DNA of 64,000 nt from assembly GCA_963827685.1 (NCBI GenBank), contig CAWHBU010000003.1, positions 512,001-576,000 of the forward strand. The letters are read 5' to 3'. How positions within the stretch are numbered: position 1 is the first letter of the stretch; each line of letters begins with the position of its first letter. This DNA is from an uncultured delta proteobacterium (GTDB taxonomy: Bacteria > Desulfobacterota > BSN033 > UBA1163). Positions 39,040 through 49,612 of this stretch are shown piece after piece. A model generated the notes under the pieces. The model did not search any database and had not been told where the DNA came from. It saw nothing but the letters and a program-made list of their open reading frames with translations. A program made the translations under genes and the position numbers.

Positions 39040-40452
39040 ATGGCTGAACTTTGGAGGTTATCCGGATTAGAGTTGAGGGGAATGATAGCCGCCAAAGAAG
39101 TTAAACCTTCTGAGATCATGGCAGCCGTCCTATCCCGAATTGAGAAACTGAATCCCAAGCTCAACGCCTTCTGCACAATCACCCAGGATTCAGCCATGGA
39201 CGAAGCGCGGCAAGCCGATGAAAAACTTGTCCACGGGAAGAACAAAGGGCCACTCTTCGGCCTTCCCGTGTCCATTAAAGATCTGGTTTTCACAAAGGGT
39301 ATCCGCACAACCTTTGCTTCCAAAATGCACGAAAATTTTATCCCGGATCAGGATGAAGTCGTCGTTGAGAGGCTCAAGGCAGCCGGAGCTATTATCATTG
39401 GTAAAACGAATTCGTGTGAGTACGGTTATAAGTCCGTAACGGACAGCCCCCTTTGGGGAATCACCCGTAACCCCTGGAACTTGGAGATGACTCCAGCCGG
39501 TTCGAGTGGCGGCGCAGGAGCAGCCGTGGCTTCCGGTATGGGGCCCCTGGCCGTAGGAAGTGATGGCGGAGGATCCGTCAGGGCTCGGGCAAGTTTCTGC
39601 GGAATCTTTGGTCTCAAATCATCCCGTGGAAGGATACCCATATATCCCTTGCTCTCGGGCTGGGAAACTCTGGATAGACGCGTGGCTCATTACGGTCCTC
39701 TAACCCGCACCGTGGCAGACACAGCCATGATGATGGAGGTGATGGCTGGGCCGGACGACCGGGACCCTTTGTCATTGCCAAGAGGAAAGCTCGATTACCG
39801 AGAAGAAATGAAAAAGGGGGTTCGGGGTCTGCGCATTGCCTGGAGCAGGGACCTGGGCCATGTCGTGGTTGATCCGGCAGTCCAAGAAGCCGTCGAGGCC
39901 GCAGCCCGGGTTTTTTCAAAGATGGACTGCGAGGTAGAAGAGGCTACCCCCGAGTTCCCATTGATGCATGATGCCTTTCAACTTCTTTTTGCCGCTGATT
40001 GCGCGGGCGCCATCGGAGCCCAATTGGATGAATGGAAAGATCGCTTGGATCCGGGGCTGGTAAGATTAACTGAAATTGGTCTCAAGGCCAGCGCTGCCGA
40101 TTACGTGCGCGCTGTAAACCGATGTCAGGTTCTTTGGGAGAGACTGCAGCCTTTCTTTGCGAAATATGATTTGCTCCTGACCCCCACGCTGCCGCTTCCC
40201 CCCTTTCCCGTGGGCATCGATTGGCCCAGGGAGGTTGCCGGGCAGAAGGTCCATCCTTTGAATTACCTCGGCTTCACTTATCCATTTAATTTAACCGGCC
40301 AGCCGGCGGCCTCTTTGCCCTGCGATTGGACAGCAGATGGTTTACCCATCGGTCTCCAGATCGTAGGCAGGCGTTTCGCGGATCTCACGGTCTTAAAAGC
40401 GGCGGCAGCCTTCGAGGAAGCCAGACCCTGGAAGGATAAATGGCCGGATTGA
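39040..40452 (+). CDS. amidase signature family protein
   Basis: IKD, GSSGG, GSDGGGSVR catalytic triad motifs. Confidence 0.95.
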   Translation: MAELWRLSGLELRGMIAAKEVKPSEIMAAVLSRIEKLNPKLNAFCTITQDSAMDEARQADEKLVHGKNKGPLFGLPVSIKDLVFTKGIRTTFASKMHENFIPDQDEVVVERLKAAGAIIIGKTNSCEYGYKSVTDSPLWGITRNPWNLEMTPAGSSGGAGAAVASGMGPLAVGSDGGGSVRARASFCGIFGLKSSRGRIPIYPLLSGWETLDRRVAHYGPLTRTVADTAMMMEVMAGPDDRDPLSLPRGKLDYREEMKKGVRGLRIAWSRDLGHVVVDPAVQEAVEAAARVFSKMDCEVEEATPEFPLMHDAFQLLFAADCAGAIGAQLDEWKDRLDPGLVRLTEIGLKASAADYVRAVNRCQVLWERLQPFFAKYDLLLTPTLPLPPFPVGIDWPREVAGQKVHPLNYLGFTYPFNLTGQPAASLPCDWTADGLPIGLQIVGRRFADLTVLKAAAAFEEARPWKDKWPD

Positions 40453-40719
40453 TCGTTTCCTTCTCCATTCTGATTGAGCGGCTTCGCAACGATCATCCCC
40501 TTGATTCAGATTCTTGATAGGCTGTGCTGACACGCCCCTCTCTCTTCCAAATAAGCGTCTCATAAGTTCCTGATAGGGGTGGGAAAGCGGCCGTTGAGTC
40601 CATGAAGACACAGCGAGCGGAGGCAGCACCCTTTAAATTTTTCTTGACCACACCAGAAAAATTTAGTAAGTTTGTGAAGAAAATTCGATACTCTCAAAAT
40701 ATTCTATCGAGGATGCCTA

Positions 40720-41106
40720 ATGAAAACAGCAGAAAGAGAAGCCAAACGCCGTTATGGGATTGCTAATTTTGAAAGAAGGACATACCGCAGATTTCCAATC
40801 CGTCTTCCGATAGAGTACTATCCAGCCGACTCGCCGACCAATCACACTGGTCAGGCTCTCGATGCCAGTGAAGGTGGGTTACAGATTCTCTTTCCAGAAC
40901 AGATGAAGATTGGCCAAAGCCTGAATTTGAAGCTTTTTTTCTCTTCCCAATCTGAATTGAATACAATCGAGGCGCTTGTTGAGGTGGTTTGGATTAACAC
41001 CCAACTGGACGAAGGTGAAAAACATTATCGATCTGGTGTAAGATTTGTCAATATCTCTCCAGAAGATATGAGTAAGCTGAGAAATTTTTCGGCAAGTTTC
41101 TTGTAA
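40720..41106 (+). CDS. PilZ domain protein
   Basis: ERRTYRR, DASEGG; paralog of 52391-52786. Confidence 0.88.
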   Translation: MKTAEREAKRRYGIANFERRTYRRFPIRLPIEYYPADSPTNHTGQALDASEGGLQILFPEQMKIGQSLNLKLFFSSQSELNTIEALVEVVWINTQLDEGEKHYRSGVRFVNISPEDMSKLRNFSASFL

Positions 41107-41265
41107 TCTCCCTGATGGTTTGACAGACTGAAAGTTATTCTACCTCTCTTTCTTCGTGGTTTTGGCTTTGTTCCCGAATGGAAAGGGTATCTTTGAGGAC
41201 AGGCCAGACGGCCACGGAGCGAAGGGTTTTTTTGCTCGATACATGAAAATAGTGCAGAAAGAAGA

Positions 41266-41856
41266 ATGAACATACGCAAAGTTTTTCTTGGACTCACATT
41301 GGTATTATCCGTTCTTGTCGGAACAATAACCCCCCTTTATCACGAGCGACTTTTCGATAAATGTGAAGTCGATGTCGCCCTTCCCGAGAACTGGAAACGA
41401 ATATCTTTACAAGAAAAATTGGATAGCCTTGATGGACTATTGTCAAAAAACGCTGCTTTCTATCTGGTATCCAAAATCAGACAATTAAATATCAGAAGGC
41501 AGTTAACAAAAATGATTATCGATAAAAAAGACGATATATTGAGAGGTGGGTGTCAGTACCGTTTTGCTTTTCGTTTTTTTGTTGGATGGGAAGAATTAGT
41601 TCTTTTGGGTCTGGTAGGATTTGCTTCCGTCTGGGCGATTTATGGGTCTGTAAGAGTGGTTACTCTCTTGATTCCATCCACACCGTTGATACACTTCCCC
41701 TCACCTGCCTTGCGGGGACGGGTTGAATCTCTCAATTTCCCTATGTGGCGTGAACCCGCAGGTCTTGCCAGTGTCAGGATAACTCTCTTTGGTTTCCTTG
41801 CTCTTGAAGAACGACCCCAAAGGCCGAGGAAGCCAGTGGCAGTGTGGATAGATTAA
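41266..41856 (+). CDS. hypothetical membrane protein
   Basis: 196-aa ORF with two hydrophobic segments. Confidence 0.5.
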   Translation: MNIRKVFLGLTLVLSVLVGTITPLYHERLFDKCEVDVALPENWKRISLQEKLDSLDGLLSKNAAFYLVSKIRQLNIRRQLTKMIIDKKDDILRGGCQYRFAFRFFVGWEELVLLGLVGFASVWAIYGSVRVVTLLIPSTPLIHFPSPALRGRVESLNFPMWREPAGLASVRITLFGFLALEERPQRPRKPVAVWID

Positions 41857-41929
41857 ATGCTATGCTGCCTCTTTTTCTGCTAACGACTTTCAACTCATCC
41901 ATAACACTTTACACCCTGCGCCCCATGTC

Positions 41930-43327
41930 TCACCCGGCCTCATTCTTTTTCCTCGCCCTGCCATATCTCCACATATGGGCAAAGACTCGAACAGCATGCT
42001 CCGGGAAATCATAGCAGGAGAGACGATTCCCTTCTAAAAAACCCTGGCAGGCTTCTATATCTTTTTTAGCCCCTAAAAGGGAAAAAAAGACCGGCTTGGG
42101 CCGTTGTTCCAGAAGGAGATCCACCATAGGCCGGTAGATTTCAGGCCCCCTATTGGCAAAGGAGATCCAAATAATTCCGTCCACTCCATCGTCTTCCAAG
42201 AGAGCCTTCAAAATCTCCGTGGAGGTTTTTTCAAACCCATGGGCCAGCATGTCGGGAAAAAGGTCCACAGGATTCCGGGTTTTGGAAGGGGTGGCTATAA
42301 CCCTGGAAATTTTTTCGCGCGTAGCCTCCCCCAGACGGGCCACTTTTAGTCCATGTTCCACCGCAGCATCGATGCTCATGATGGCCTGTGCCCCGCTGTA
42401 AGTGACAAAAGCAAGGCGCCCTCCATGAGGAAAGGGCATGTTTAGAAATCCTTTCAGCGTTCGGATGAAATCATCGATCCCGGTCATGCGCAAGGCTCCA
42501 GCCTGGCGCATGGCCCCCTCGAACACAGCGTCTTCCCCCGCCATGCTGGCAGTATGGGAGGCCATGGCCCGGCCTCCCTCCTGAGTCCGTCCCCCTTTGA
42601 TAATGAGCACGGGCTTTTTGGCCACTGCCTTCTTTGCTGTTTCCAAAAATCGGCGCCCATCGCGCACATCCTCCAGGTACATCCCGATGATCTTTGTTTG
42701 CTCGTCATCCATCAGGTAGGAGAGCGCATCGGATTCGTTCACGTCCACCTTGTTGCCCAGCCCAATTCCTTTGGAAAGCTGGCAACCTTCAAAGGAACTC
42801 AAATACCGGAGAAGGGCTCCTATGAAAATCCCGGATTGAGCAGCAAATCCAATAGGCCCAGGCTTCAGCATTTGGGGAGTGGCAAAATAGGAAGTGGTCA
42901 GTCCATTCTCCGTATTCACCAAGCCCAGGGTATTAGGCCCAAACCCTCTCATGCCTGTCGATCGGAGGATGTCTCGCACCTCTTCCTGGTATTTTGCTCC
43001 CTCGGAACCGGTCTCCGCAAACCCCTCTGCAGAAATAACCACTCCCTTCACACCTTTGCGGGCGCATTCCCTCAGCGCATCACCAACGAACTGTGGAGGA
43101 ATGTGAAAAACCGCCAAGTCGACGGGGAAAGGGACCTCTTGTAGACTGCGATACAAAGCGGTTTCAAAAACCTCCCCTCCCTGTGGATTTACGCCCGCCA
43201 CCTTGCCCTGATATCCGACTCTCTTTAAAGCCTTGAGGAGCTGCGCTCCCGGCTTTTCCGGATCCCTCGATGCTCCGATGACCGCAACACTTTTGGATTC
43301 TAAGATTTCCCGAATTGACCACATCAA
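41930..43327 (-). CDS. acyl-CoA synthetase (NDP-forming) alpha subunit, CoA-binding
   Basis: VAVIGAS, GPNTLG, AQSG, GNKVDV, ASHTAS phospho-His, NPVD. Confidence 0.9.
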   Translation of the reverse strand: MMWSIREILESKSVAVIGASRDPEKPGAQLLKALKRVGYQGKVAGVNPQGGEVFETALYRSLQEVPFPVDLAVFHIPPQFVGDALRECARKGVKGVVISAEGFAETGSEGAKYQEEVRDILRSTGMRGFGPNTLGLVNTENGLTTSYFATPQMLKPGPIGFAAQSGIFIGALLRYLSSFEGCQLSKGIGLGNKVDVNESDALSYLMDDEQTKIIGMYLEDVRDGRRFLETAKKAVAKKPVLIIKGGRTQEGGRAMASHTASMAGEDAVFEGAMRQAGALRMTGIDDFIRTLKGFLNMPFPHGGRLAFVTYSGAQAIMSIDAAVEHGLKVARLGEATREKISRVIATPSKTRNPVDLFPDMLAHGFEKTSTEILKALLEDDGVDGIIWISFANRGPEIYRPMVDLLLEQRPKPVFFSLLGAKKDIEACQGFLEGNRLSCYDFPEHAVRVFAHMWRYGRARKKNEAG

Positions 43328-43457
43328 GCTCAGCCTCCTGAACGATCCTCTTTGACTAAATGATTTTTAAGGCAGAAAATCATGGAAATAGAACCATCAC
43401 AAAATAATATTGAATTAGACATTCATACCATACAACAGATTATGGAGGGCACACGCT

Positions 43458-44270
43458 TCACTCCTTAAACAACCTCCATAAAGCCTTTGCCTCTAAACCA
43501 AACCATTTTTCTAAGAGTTTCTCATACTCGCCTGTCTCCTTCATCTTTACTAATGTTGAATTGATGAAGTCGAGCCACTCCTTATCCCCCCTCCTAACTG
43601 CCAGGCCGTATCGGGCCGGGCGGAAAGGTTGCAAATTCGCCATTTTTAGACCCGGATTTTTCTGAAGAAGATCAAAAAGAAGAACATAGTCTTGTACAAA
43701 TGCCTCCACACGACGCTCTTTCAAGGCCTGGAGCGCTTCGAAATTACGCTCGAATTTAACCCGCTCCGCAGCAGGAACCAGTTCCCCGATGGCCATATCA
43801 CCTGTTGAGCCTCGGATGGTAGCAACCTTCTTTCCTGCTAAGTCCTCATATCTTGTAATCTTACTGTTCCCCTGGACCAGGATAAGCTGGGCGGTAATGA
43901 AATAAGGGATACTGAAATCAACTTCTCTCTTTCTTGCCTCCGTGATGGTCAAGGTGGCCACGACAACGTCAATTTTCCTTGAAGTTAGGAAAGTAATCCG
44001 GTTTCCTGACGTGACGGGTACGAATTGAACCGCATCCTCGTTCCCAAAGAGTTCTTTTGAAAGTACCTTGGCAATGTCAATATCGAATCCTTTATGAACC
44101 CCCTTCTTATCCAAAAACCCAAGAGGGGGATAGTCGGTTTTTACTCCTGCAATCAGTTTACCCCTTCTCTTGACATCTTGAAGAGTTCCCGCAAATCCTT
44201 CTCTCGAAAAGACAAAAGGTAGAAGGCAAAAAACAACCAACAAGAGCAGAGACGTATTCCTCTTCATCAA
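43458..44270 (-). CDS. amino-acid ABC transporter substrate-binding protein (family 3)
   Basis: signal peptide, GFDIDIA, TITEARK, DFSIPYF. Confidence 0.92.
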   Translation of the reverse strand: MMKRNTSLLLLVVFCLLPFVFSREGFAGTLQDVKRRGKLIAGVKTDYPPLGFLDKKGVHKGFDIDIAKVLSKELFGNEDAVQFVPVTSGNRITFLTSRKIDVVVATLTITEARKREVDFSIPYFITAQLILVQGNSKITRYEDLAGKKVATIRGSTGDMAIGELVPAAERVKFERNFEALQALKERRVEAFVQDYVLLFDLLQKNPGLKMANLQPFRPARYGLAVRRGDKEWLDFINSTLVKMKETGEYEKLLEKWFGLEAKALWRLFKE

Positions 44271-44801
44271 TATTCTCCCTTCGTATAAAGTTGCGATTCA
44301 AATCTATATCAGTATTATACTTTAAGAACTGATCAAACACCATCTCATCCTTCCCATACGAACGTTCGGCCTTTGGTAACTGTCACCTTTTGGAACTATT
44401 TCAGAGTGAATCTTTGTGGTAGAATCAACACCGACGTAAAGGCTCGGCTCCATGAATGGTGTGATCTTCATCCGCCGCCTCGCACAACTTGGGTGACCCA
44501 CCCAAAATACTTCGGCGTTGAACCACCTGACCGGGAACAGACAGAACACAAATTTCCGGAATTCCTCAGGGGTAAGAAGTCGCCTTCAGACGGAGCGACT
44601 ATACCAAAGGCAGACGTGTGCGTTAAGGAAAATAGACCCTCGTCAAGAATTCAGTTGATTCTTCTTAAAAGCTGGATATAGGATGCTGGTTATGCGAGAT
44701 CGTAGAATTTAATTTGGGGCGCGGCAATAGAGGACCTAAATCCTTCACTCATCGATCGGCTTCTGCTTAATCCTCACCTCGCTGTTTGGCGAATGAGGTC
44801 G

Positions 44802-45845
44802 TCACCCTTCAAGTGTTTCAAATATGTCTTTAAAGACACGGACAAGCTCAATGAAGGCCTTTCTTAGATTTGGGTCGAAGTGTTCAGGAGACGTCCTTCC
44901 ATCGCCCTCCACGATGATCTTCACTGCAACCTCGTGGTCTAAAGAGGATTTGTATGGCCTTCTGCCTCTCAGGGCATCGTACTGGTCAACAATATTCATG
45001 ATTCTTCCTGCCATAGGGATTTCTTCCTCCCTAAGTCCACGCGGATATCCAGTGCCGTCCCACCTTTCATGGTGAGTCAGCGCAATCGTTTCCGCCATCT
45101 GGAGGTACTTTGATTTCGAATCATGGAGGATATCGGCCCCGATGAGTGTATGGGTCTTTACCAAGGCAAATTCTTCCTGAGTAAGTTTCGAACTCTTCAA
45201 CAGGATCTCAAGGGGAATGCCCACCTTGCCTATATCATGCATGGGGCTGGCATGCAGGATGGTCTCCTGATCTTCTTCCGACCATCCAAGATGTTTCGCC
45301 ATGTGTTGACAGTAACGGCCGACTCTGCGGATATGAGCTGCTGTTTCTTCGTCCTTGTATTCTGCTACTGTTGTAAGCCTGATAATTGTATCAATGTATC
45401 CCTCCCGTATCTGCCTTATCTTTTCTTCTACTTCTCTTTTGAGAATATCATTATGGTTGCTTAGAAAGTCCTCGAATTCCTTTATTCTAAGCAGGTTTCC
45501 AATTCTTGCAATCAGCTCCGGTCTGTCGATTGGCTTTGTAAGAAAATCGTTTGCACCTGCCGAAAGTCCTTTAATTCTCAGTTCCCTGTCTATAGACCCT
45601 GTAATCACGATGATGGGTATGTGGCGAGTGAATGGGTCACCCTTCAACTTCTTGCAGACCTCCAAGCCATCCATTTCAGGCATCATGACATCGAGCAAGA
45701 CAAGATCAGGGCTGTAGGTTTTTACCTTTTCAATGGCTTCTATTCCATTCGTTGCGGTGGTATAGTGGTAGTCATATTTTTCTAAAACGGCACTTAAGTA
45801 CTTTAGAAGAACCGGATCGTCGTCGGCTATAAGGATTTTGGGCAT
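44802..45845 (-). CDS. response regulator with HD-GYP c-di-GMP phosphodiesterase domain
   Basis: REC (ADDD, LDVMMP, KP); HDIGK, HHERWDGTGYP, RRPYK. Confidence 0.95.
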   Translation of the reverse strand: MPKILIADDDPVLLKYLSAVLEKYDYHYTTATNGIEAIEKVKTYSPDLVLLDVMMPEMDGLEVCKKLKGDPFTRHIPIIVITGSIDRELRIKGLSAGANDFLTKPIDRPELIARIGNLLRIKEFEDFLSNHNDILKREVEEKIRQIREGYIDTIIRLTTVAEYKDEETAAHIRRVGRYCQHMAKHLGWSEEDQETILHASPMHDIGKVGIPLEILLKSSKLTQEEFALVKTHTLIGADILHDSKSKYLQMAETIALTHHERWDGTGYPRGLREEEIPMAGRIMNIVDQYDALRGRRPYKSSLDHEVAVKIIVEGDGRTSPEHFDPNLRKAFIELVRVFKDIFETLEG

Positions 45846-45858
45846 TCTTTCTCCTTCC

Positions 45859-45888
45859 AGGGTGTGCTAAATCTATTTGAAACTTGAG
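45859..45888 (+). mobile_element. solo IS256-like left-end remnant
   Basis: agggtgtgctaaatctatttgaaacttgag vs IS end agggtgtgctaaatttagttgaaatttgag at 30418. Confidence 0.55.
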
Positions 45889-45983
45889 TCAAGTTGAAAA
45901 AATCTCTTTGAATAAATAGTAATATACGCAAAATCTCGTTCATGTGTCAAGAATAAGGTTAACTGGAATCGGGGTCTGGAAAT

Positions 45984-46009
45984 GGGGACCAAGTTTTGAA
46001 TGATTACTT
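45984..46009 (+). repeat. GGGG.CAGGTCT-type repeat, direct copy of 48223-48247
   Basis: ggggaccaagttttgaatgattactt vs ggggccaggtcttgcattattactt. Confidence 0.55.
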
Positions 46010-46640
46010 TCGATCACCTTTAAGAAATAAGAGTTGGCAGAAATGCCTTGTTCCGCCATTTTCAAGGCCCTTTAAACCCTTTTGAGCGGATCTAAAAAGG
46101 TTATGTCCCGGCCAGATTCCCGAACCGATCGGTTTCCCGAAATTGGTTGATGAATAGTATTTTCTGAAACAAGCAAGATCGCAATCCAGCAGAAAATTAG
46201 AGGCTATAAATGGAAATAAGCAACCTCCTTTGTCTTCGAGCAAATTGATTATCTCTCCGATTCTTCACGTTTTGCTTTATCATAGATTCTCTTCGGACGT
46301 TCCAGAAAATCACCGCATTCCCCTTGGTCTAAAAATACCGTCATCCTTCAAGAAAAATACAGTGTTTGCCCTATTCATTTGGGAACCCCGCAAGTGCTAA
46401 TTTATTTGTGTGCAGACATCTTCCTCCTGGACAACGTTGTATTGCGAAACCTGGGTTGTTTGGTTTGTTATGCAGAACGATATGGGCGCCACTGCCCCGG
46501 GGAACTAGAAGCAGCACCCCGTCCTATCCCCAAGTAGAGAAAAGAGTGAAATAGGATCAGATGGCAGGCAATAGGATCATGAAAAGGAGGAGAGCTAGTC
46601 TCAGATCCTGAAAAATTCCGTAAAAAGGAGGTAAGGAAAA

Positions 46641-48041
46641 ATGTCAAAGGCAATAAAATACTTTGGATTGGCAACGGGGGCTCTGTTATTGATTATTGTG
46701 TCCATTTCTACTTTTGCCCAATCTCCTCTAAGGGGAGAGTCGAGTTACTCCCCCGTAGTAATCAAAGAGAGTTTTGAAGCGATCATGGCCCGTATGAAAG
46801 CTGCAAAGCCAGGGGTGATGAAGCGTCAGATGGATTTGCTCGATGAACGCTATGACTTGAGTAATCGTCCGGCTGCAGGGGTGACGATGTCTCGTGGTAA
46901 GCCAGTTCAGGAGGGCGTTCGTATCAAACTTCCAGTGGGGATGACCTGGGAGAGATTGGCCGGGATGAGTCCGGAGGAAATTCGCGAGAAGAACTTATTC
47001 CCGGCGGGTTTCTTTCCTCTCCCACACCCTAATCATGCTGAAGGTGGCATGCTCTTCCCCAAGTTCCATATTGAGGAAATCAAGAGGCAAGAAGGTCGGG
47101 ATCTCACCCGCTTTGACCTGGATTATGACTTACCAGATCATTTTCTTCCTGAATTTCCAGCACCCATTTATCTGACTACACGTCCAGACCTTGGAGATGT
47201 CTCCCAGGGCAAGTTGGTCACAATCGATAATTACTATGAACTGTTCAATGGAATTCTGAACCCCAAGCAGATTGAAGGCTTGAGGCTATTGCTCACCCCA
47301 TTCCCACAACAGCAGTTCAACCAAACCGAGGACCGGCGGTCCGAACGTCCAAGCCGTGGGGTAGTCTGTTTTGACTGCCATGCAAACGGACATACGAATG
47401 CCTCGACGCACCTTGTTGGCGATATCCGGCCCCAGGAGTTTCGGCATCGTCTTGATACCCCGAGTCTGCGTGGCGTGAACATTCAGCGACTGTTTGGGTC
47501 CCAGCGGGCACTGAAGTCGGTCGAAGACTTCACCGAGTTTGAACAAAGAGCTGCTTATTTTGACGGTGATCCGGTAATTGCTACGAAAAAGGGTGTCAGC
47601 ATCCTTGAACGGGGGAGCCAGGTCCATTTCATGGCGGAGTTCCAAGAATTGCTGGACTTCCCTCCGGCTCCTAAGCTTGGGATCGAAGGAAAGCTTGATC
47701 CGAAAAAAGCAACCCAGTCGGAGATGCGGGGGCAGGAGGTTTTCTTTGGCAAGGCCAGATGTGCAGGCTGTCATCCAGCACCGTATTATACCGACAATCT
47801 CATGCATAACCTGAAGGCGGAGCGTTTCTACAAGCCGCGGATGATCAATGGTCGGATGGCAAGCGCGGATGGTCCTATCAAGACCTTTCCGTTGCGAGGC
47901 ATCAAAGATTCCCCTCCTTATTTACATGATGGAAGACTCCTCACGTTGGAAGATACGGTGGAGTTTTTCAATTTGATTCTTGAACGTGGACTCAGCGTAC
48001 AGGAGAAAAAAGATCTGGTGGAATTTATGAGATCACTTTAA
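46641..48041 (+). CDS. exported di-heme cytochrome c (cytochrome c peroxidase-like)
   Basis: signal peptide; CFDCH and CAGCH; TPSLRG, PPYLHDGRLLTLED. Confidence 0.85.
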   Translation: MSKAIKYFGLATGALLLIIVSISTFAQSPLRGESSYSPVVIKESFEAIMARMKAAKPGVMKRQMDLLDERYDLSNRPAAGVTMSRGKPVQEGVRIKLPVGMTWERLAGMSPEEIREKNLFPAGFFPLPHPNHAEGGMLFPKFHIEEIKRQEGRDLTRFDLDYDLPDHFLPEFPAPIYLTTRPDLGDVSQGKLVTIDNYYELFNGILNPKQIEGLRLLLTPFPQQQFNQTEDRRSERPSRGVVCFDCHANGHTNASTHLVGDIRPQEFRHRLDTPSLRGVNIQRLFGSQRALKSVEDFTEFEQRAAYFDGDPVIATKKGVSILERGSQVHFMAEFQELLDFPPAPKLGIEGKLDPKKATQSEMRGQEVFFGKARCAGCHPAPYYTDNLMHNLKAERFYKPRMINGRMASADGPIKTFPLRGIKDSPPYLHDGRLLTLEDTVEFFNLILERGLSVQEKKDLVEFMRSL

Positions 48042-48066
48042 TAGTTCTCCACCGAACGAAATTGCT

Positions 48067-48095
48067 AAAGGGCGAGGCATAAGCCTCGCCCTTTT
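48067..48095 (+). terminator. intrinsic terminator
   Basis: aaagggcgaggc-ataa-gcctcgccctttt. Confidence 0.8.
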
Positions 48096-48188
48096 AATTA
48101 TGCCCAATTCTACCAGTCGTTAACTTTCAGGAGTGGGTCAGAACGAACCTTTGTAGACGAAAGCAAGAGCCGGATGCGAGAGCTCTAG

Positions 48189-48247
48189 GGGAAAGGGGGG
48201 CCAGGAAAGGGGGCGAGGAAAGGGGGCCAGGTCTTGCATTATTACTT
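48189..48247 (+). repeat. three tandem ~13-bp ggaaagggggc(c/g)a units ending in GGGGCCAGGTCTTGC motif
   Basis: visible tandem units. Confidence 0.65.
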
Positions 48248-48289
48248 CTGGCCATTTTACCAAAATAAGAGAAAGAACTCTCGCACAAG

Positions 48290-48320
48290 AAAAGCCCTGA
48301 TCAAATCACCAGGGCTTTTT
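48290..48320 (-). terminator. terminator downstream of tRNA-Glu
   Basis: aaaagccctg...cagggctttt hairpin. Confidence 0.7.
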
Positions 48321-48328
48321 GTTATAAT

Positions 48329-48404
48329 TGGTGGTCCCAAGGGGATTCGAACCCCTGTTACCGACGTGAGAGGCCAGTGTCCTAGGCCACTAGACGATGG
48401 GACC
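48329..48404 (-). tRNA. tRNA-Glu (CTC)
   Basis: cloverleaf, GGTTCGAATCC T-arm, anticodon loop ctCTCac, encoded CCA. Confidence 0.95.
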
Positions 48405-48608
48405 TTATCAAAAAATCAATTTGCGTTGATCAATGAACAATTTTCAATTAGCAAGAACCCAACAGTGGCTATTTCTTCCTAAGTGAAATAAAGCCATTTC
48501 AATCGAATCAACCTTGTTCAAATTAACGCACAACCCATCAAAAATCAAGCACTAAATAGTCTCTTTCCCCTTGTATTCAAGAACAAGACCAATTATATTT
48601 ATGCAACT

Positions 48609-49580
48609 ATGATCCCGATTCGAGATGCTATTCGTTCGAAGAACTTTCCGGCTGTCAATGTTCTCATCATCGGCTTGAATATCATTGCCTTCTTATGGGA
48701 GCTCCTTCAGGGCCCTAACTTAAAAGAAGTCTTTTATCTCTATGGAATGGTGCCCCTCCGATACTCCAACCCGGAACTTGCCGCTCACTTTACGAGTTTC
48801 CAACAATATCTCCCCTTTCTAACTTCCATTTTTCTTCACGGAGGGTTTCTTCATATCATCATGAACATGTGGTTCCTCTATATCTTCGGCGATAACATCG
48901 AAGACAGGCTCGGTCACATTCGATATCTCGTCTTCTATCTTTTCTGTGGTGTGGCAGCTGGTCTGGTCCACCTCTTCACGAATTGGAATTCCAATATCCC
49001 TACCATCGGAGCGAGTGGAGCCATATCAGGTGTCATGGGAGCCTACCTTCTCCTCTACCCTCGTTCCAAGATCTTGACATTAATACCTATCTTTTTCTTT
49101 TTTCAATTCGTAGAAATCCCTACCTTCATCTTCCTCGTTTTTTGGCTCTTCACGCAACTATTTTCCGCTGGCCTCACACCCAGGAATGTCGGAGGTGTTG
49201 CTTTCTGGGCCCATATTGGGGGGTTTGTCGCCGGTTTCATTTTTATAAAACTATTTGATGCCATTCCAAGGACAGGTCTAAGTGGAATGCTTTCTCAACA
49301 CACCGAGAGAAAGACCACACCCCGCATTCAAACACTTTCTCTTCACTCTCCTTCGGAAGAATTGGATATCTATGGAGCTCTCGCGCTTACCCGGAAGGAA
49401 GCCTCTTATGGGGCTCGTAAACTAATCTCCATCCCTCAAGGATTGAAGAAGAGAAGCCTTTGGGTAACCATTCCACCTGGAGTTCATGAAGGAACACGCT
49501 TGCGCCTCAAAGGATTAGGCCAAAGAGATACGGAGGGGAACCGGGGAGATTTGTTTCTTGAGGTCCGAATTCTGGATTGA
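48609..49580 (+). CDS. rhomboid intramembrane serine protease with C-terminal DnaJ_C-like domain
   Basis: H...HIIMN, GASGAISG, AHIGG; C-terminal VTIPPGV.EGTRLRLKGLG...GDLFLEV. Confidence 0.9.
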   Translation: MIPIRDAIRSKNFPAVNVLIIGLNIIAFLWELLQGPNLKEVFYLYGMVPLRYSNPELAAHFTSFQQYLPFLTSIFLHGGFLHIIMNMWFLYIFGDNIEDRLGHIRYLVFYLFCGVAAGLVHLFTNWNSNIPTIGASGAISGVMGAYLLLYPRSKILTLIPIFFFFQFVEIPTFIFLVFWLFTQLFSAGLTPRNVGGVAFWAHIGGFVAGFIFIKLFDAIPRTGLSGMLSQHTERKTTPRIQTLSLHSPSEELDIYGALALTRKEASYGARKLISIPQGLKKRSLWVTIPPGVHEGTRLRLKGLGQRDTEGNRGDLFLEVRILD

Positions 49581-49612
49581 GGCCAAGGGGAAAAGAAGAA
49601 GGGAGAAAAATA

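Noticed and set aside
39040-40452. gatA call for the amidase
   Set aside because: No adjacent gatB/gatC, and it resembles a generic amidase.
44322-44800. Short ORFs between the ABC substrate-binding gene and the HD-GYP gene
   Set aside because: No motifs or convincing RBS; possibly decayed sequence, not callable.
48234-48482. 82-aa ORF
   Set aside because: Runs antisense through tRNA-Glu.
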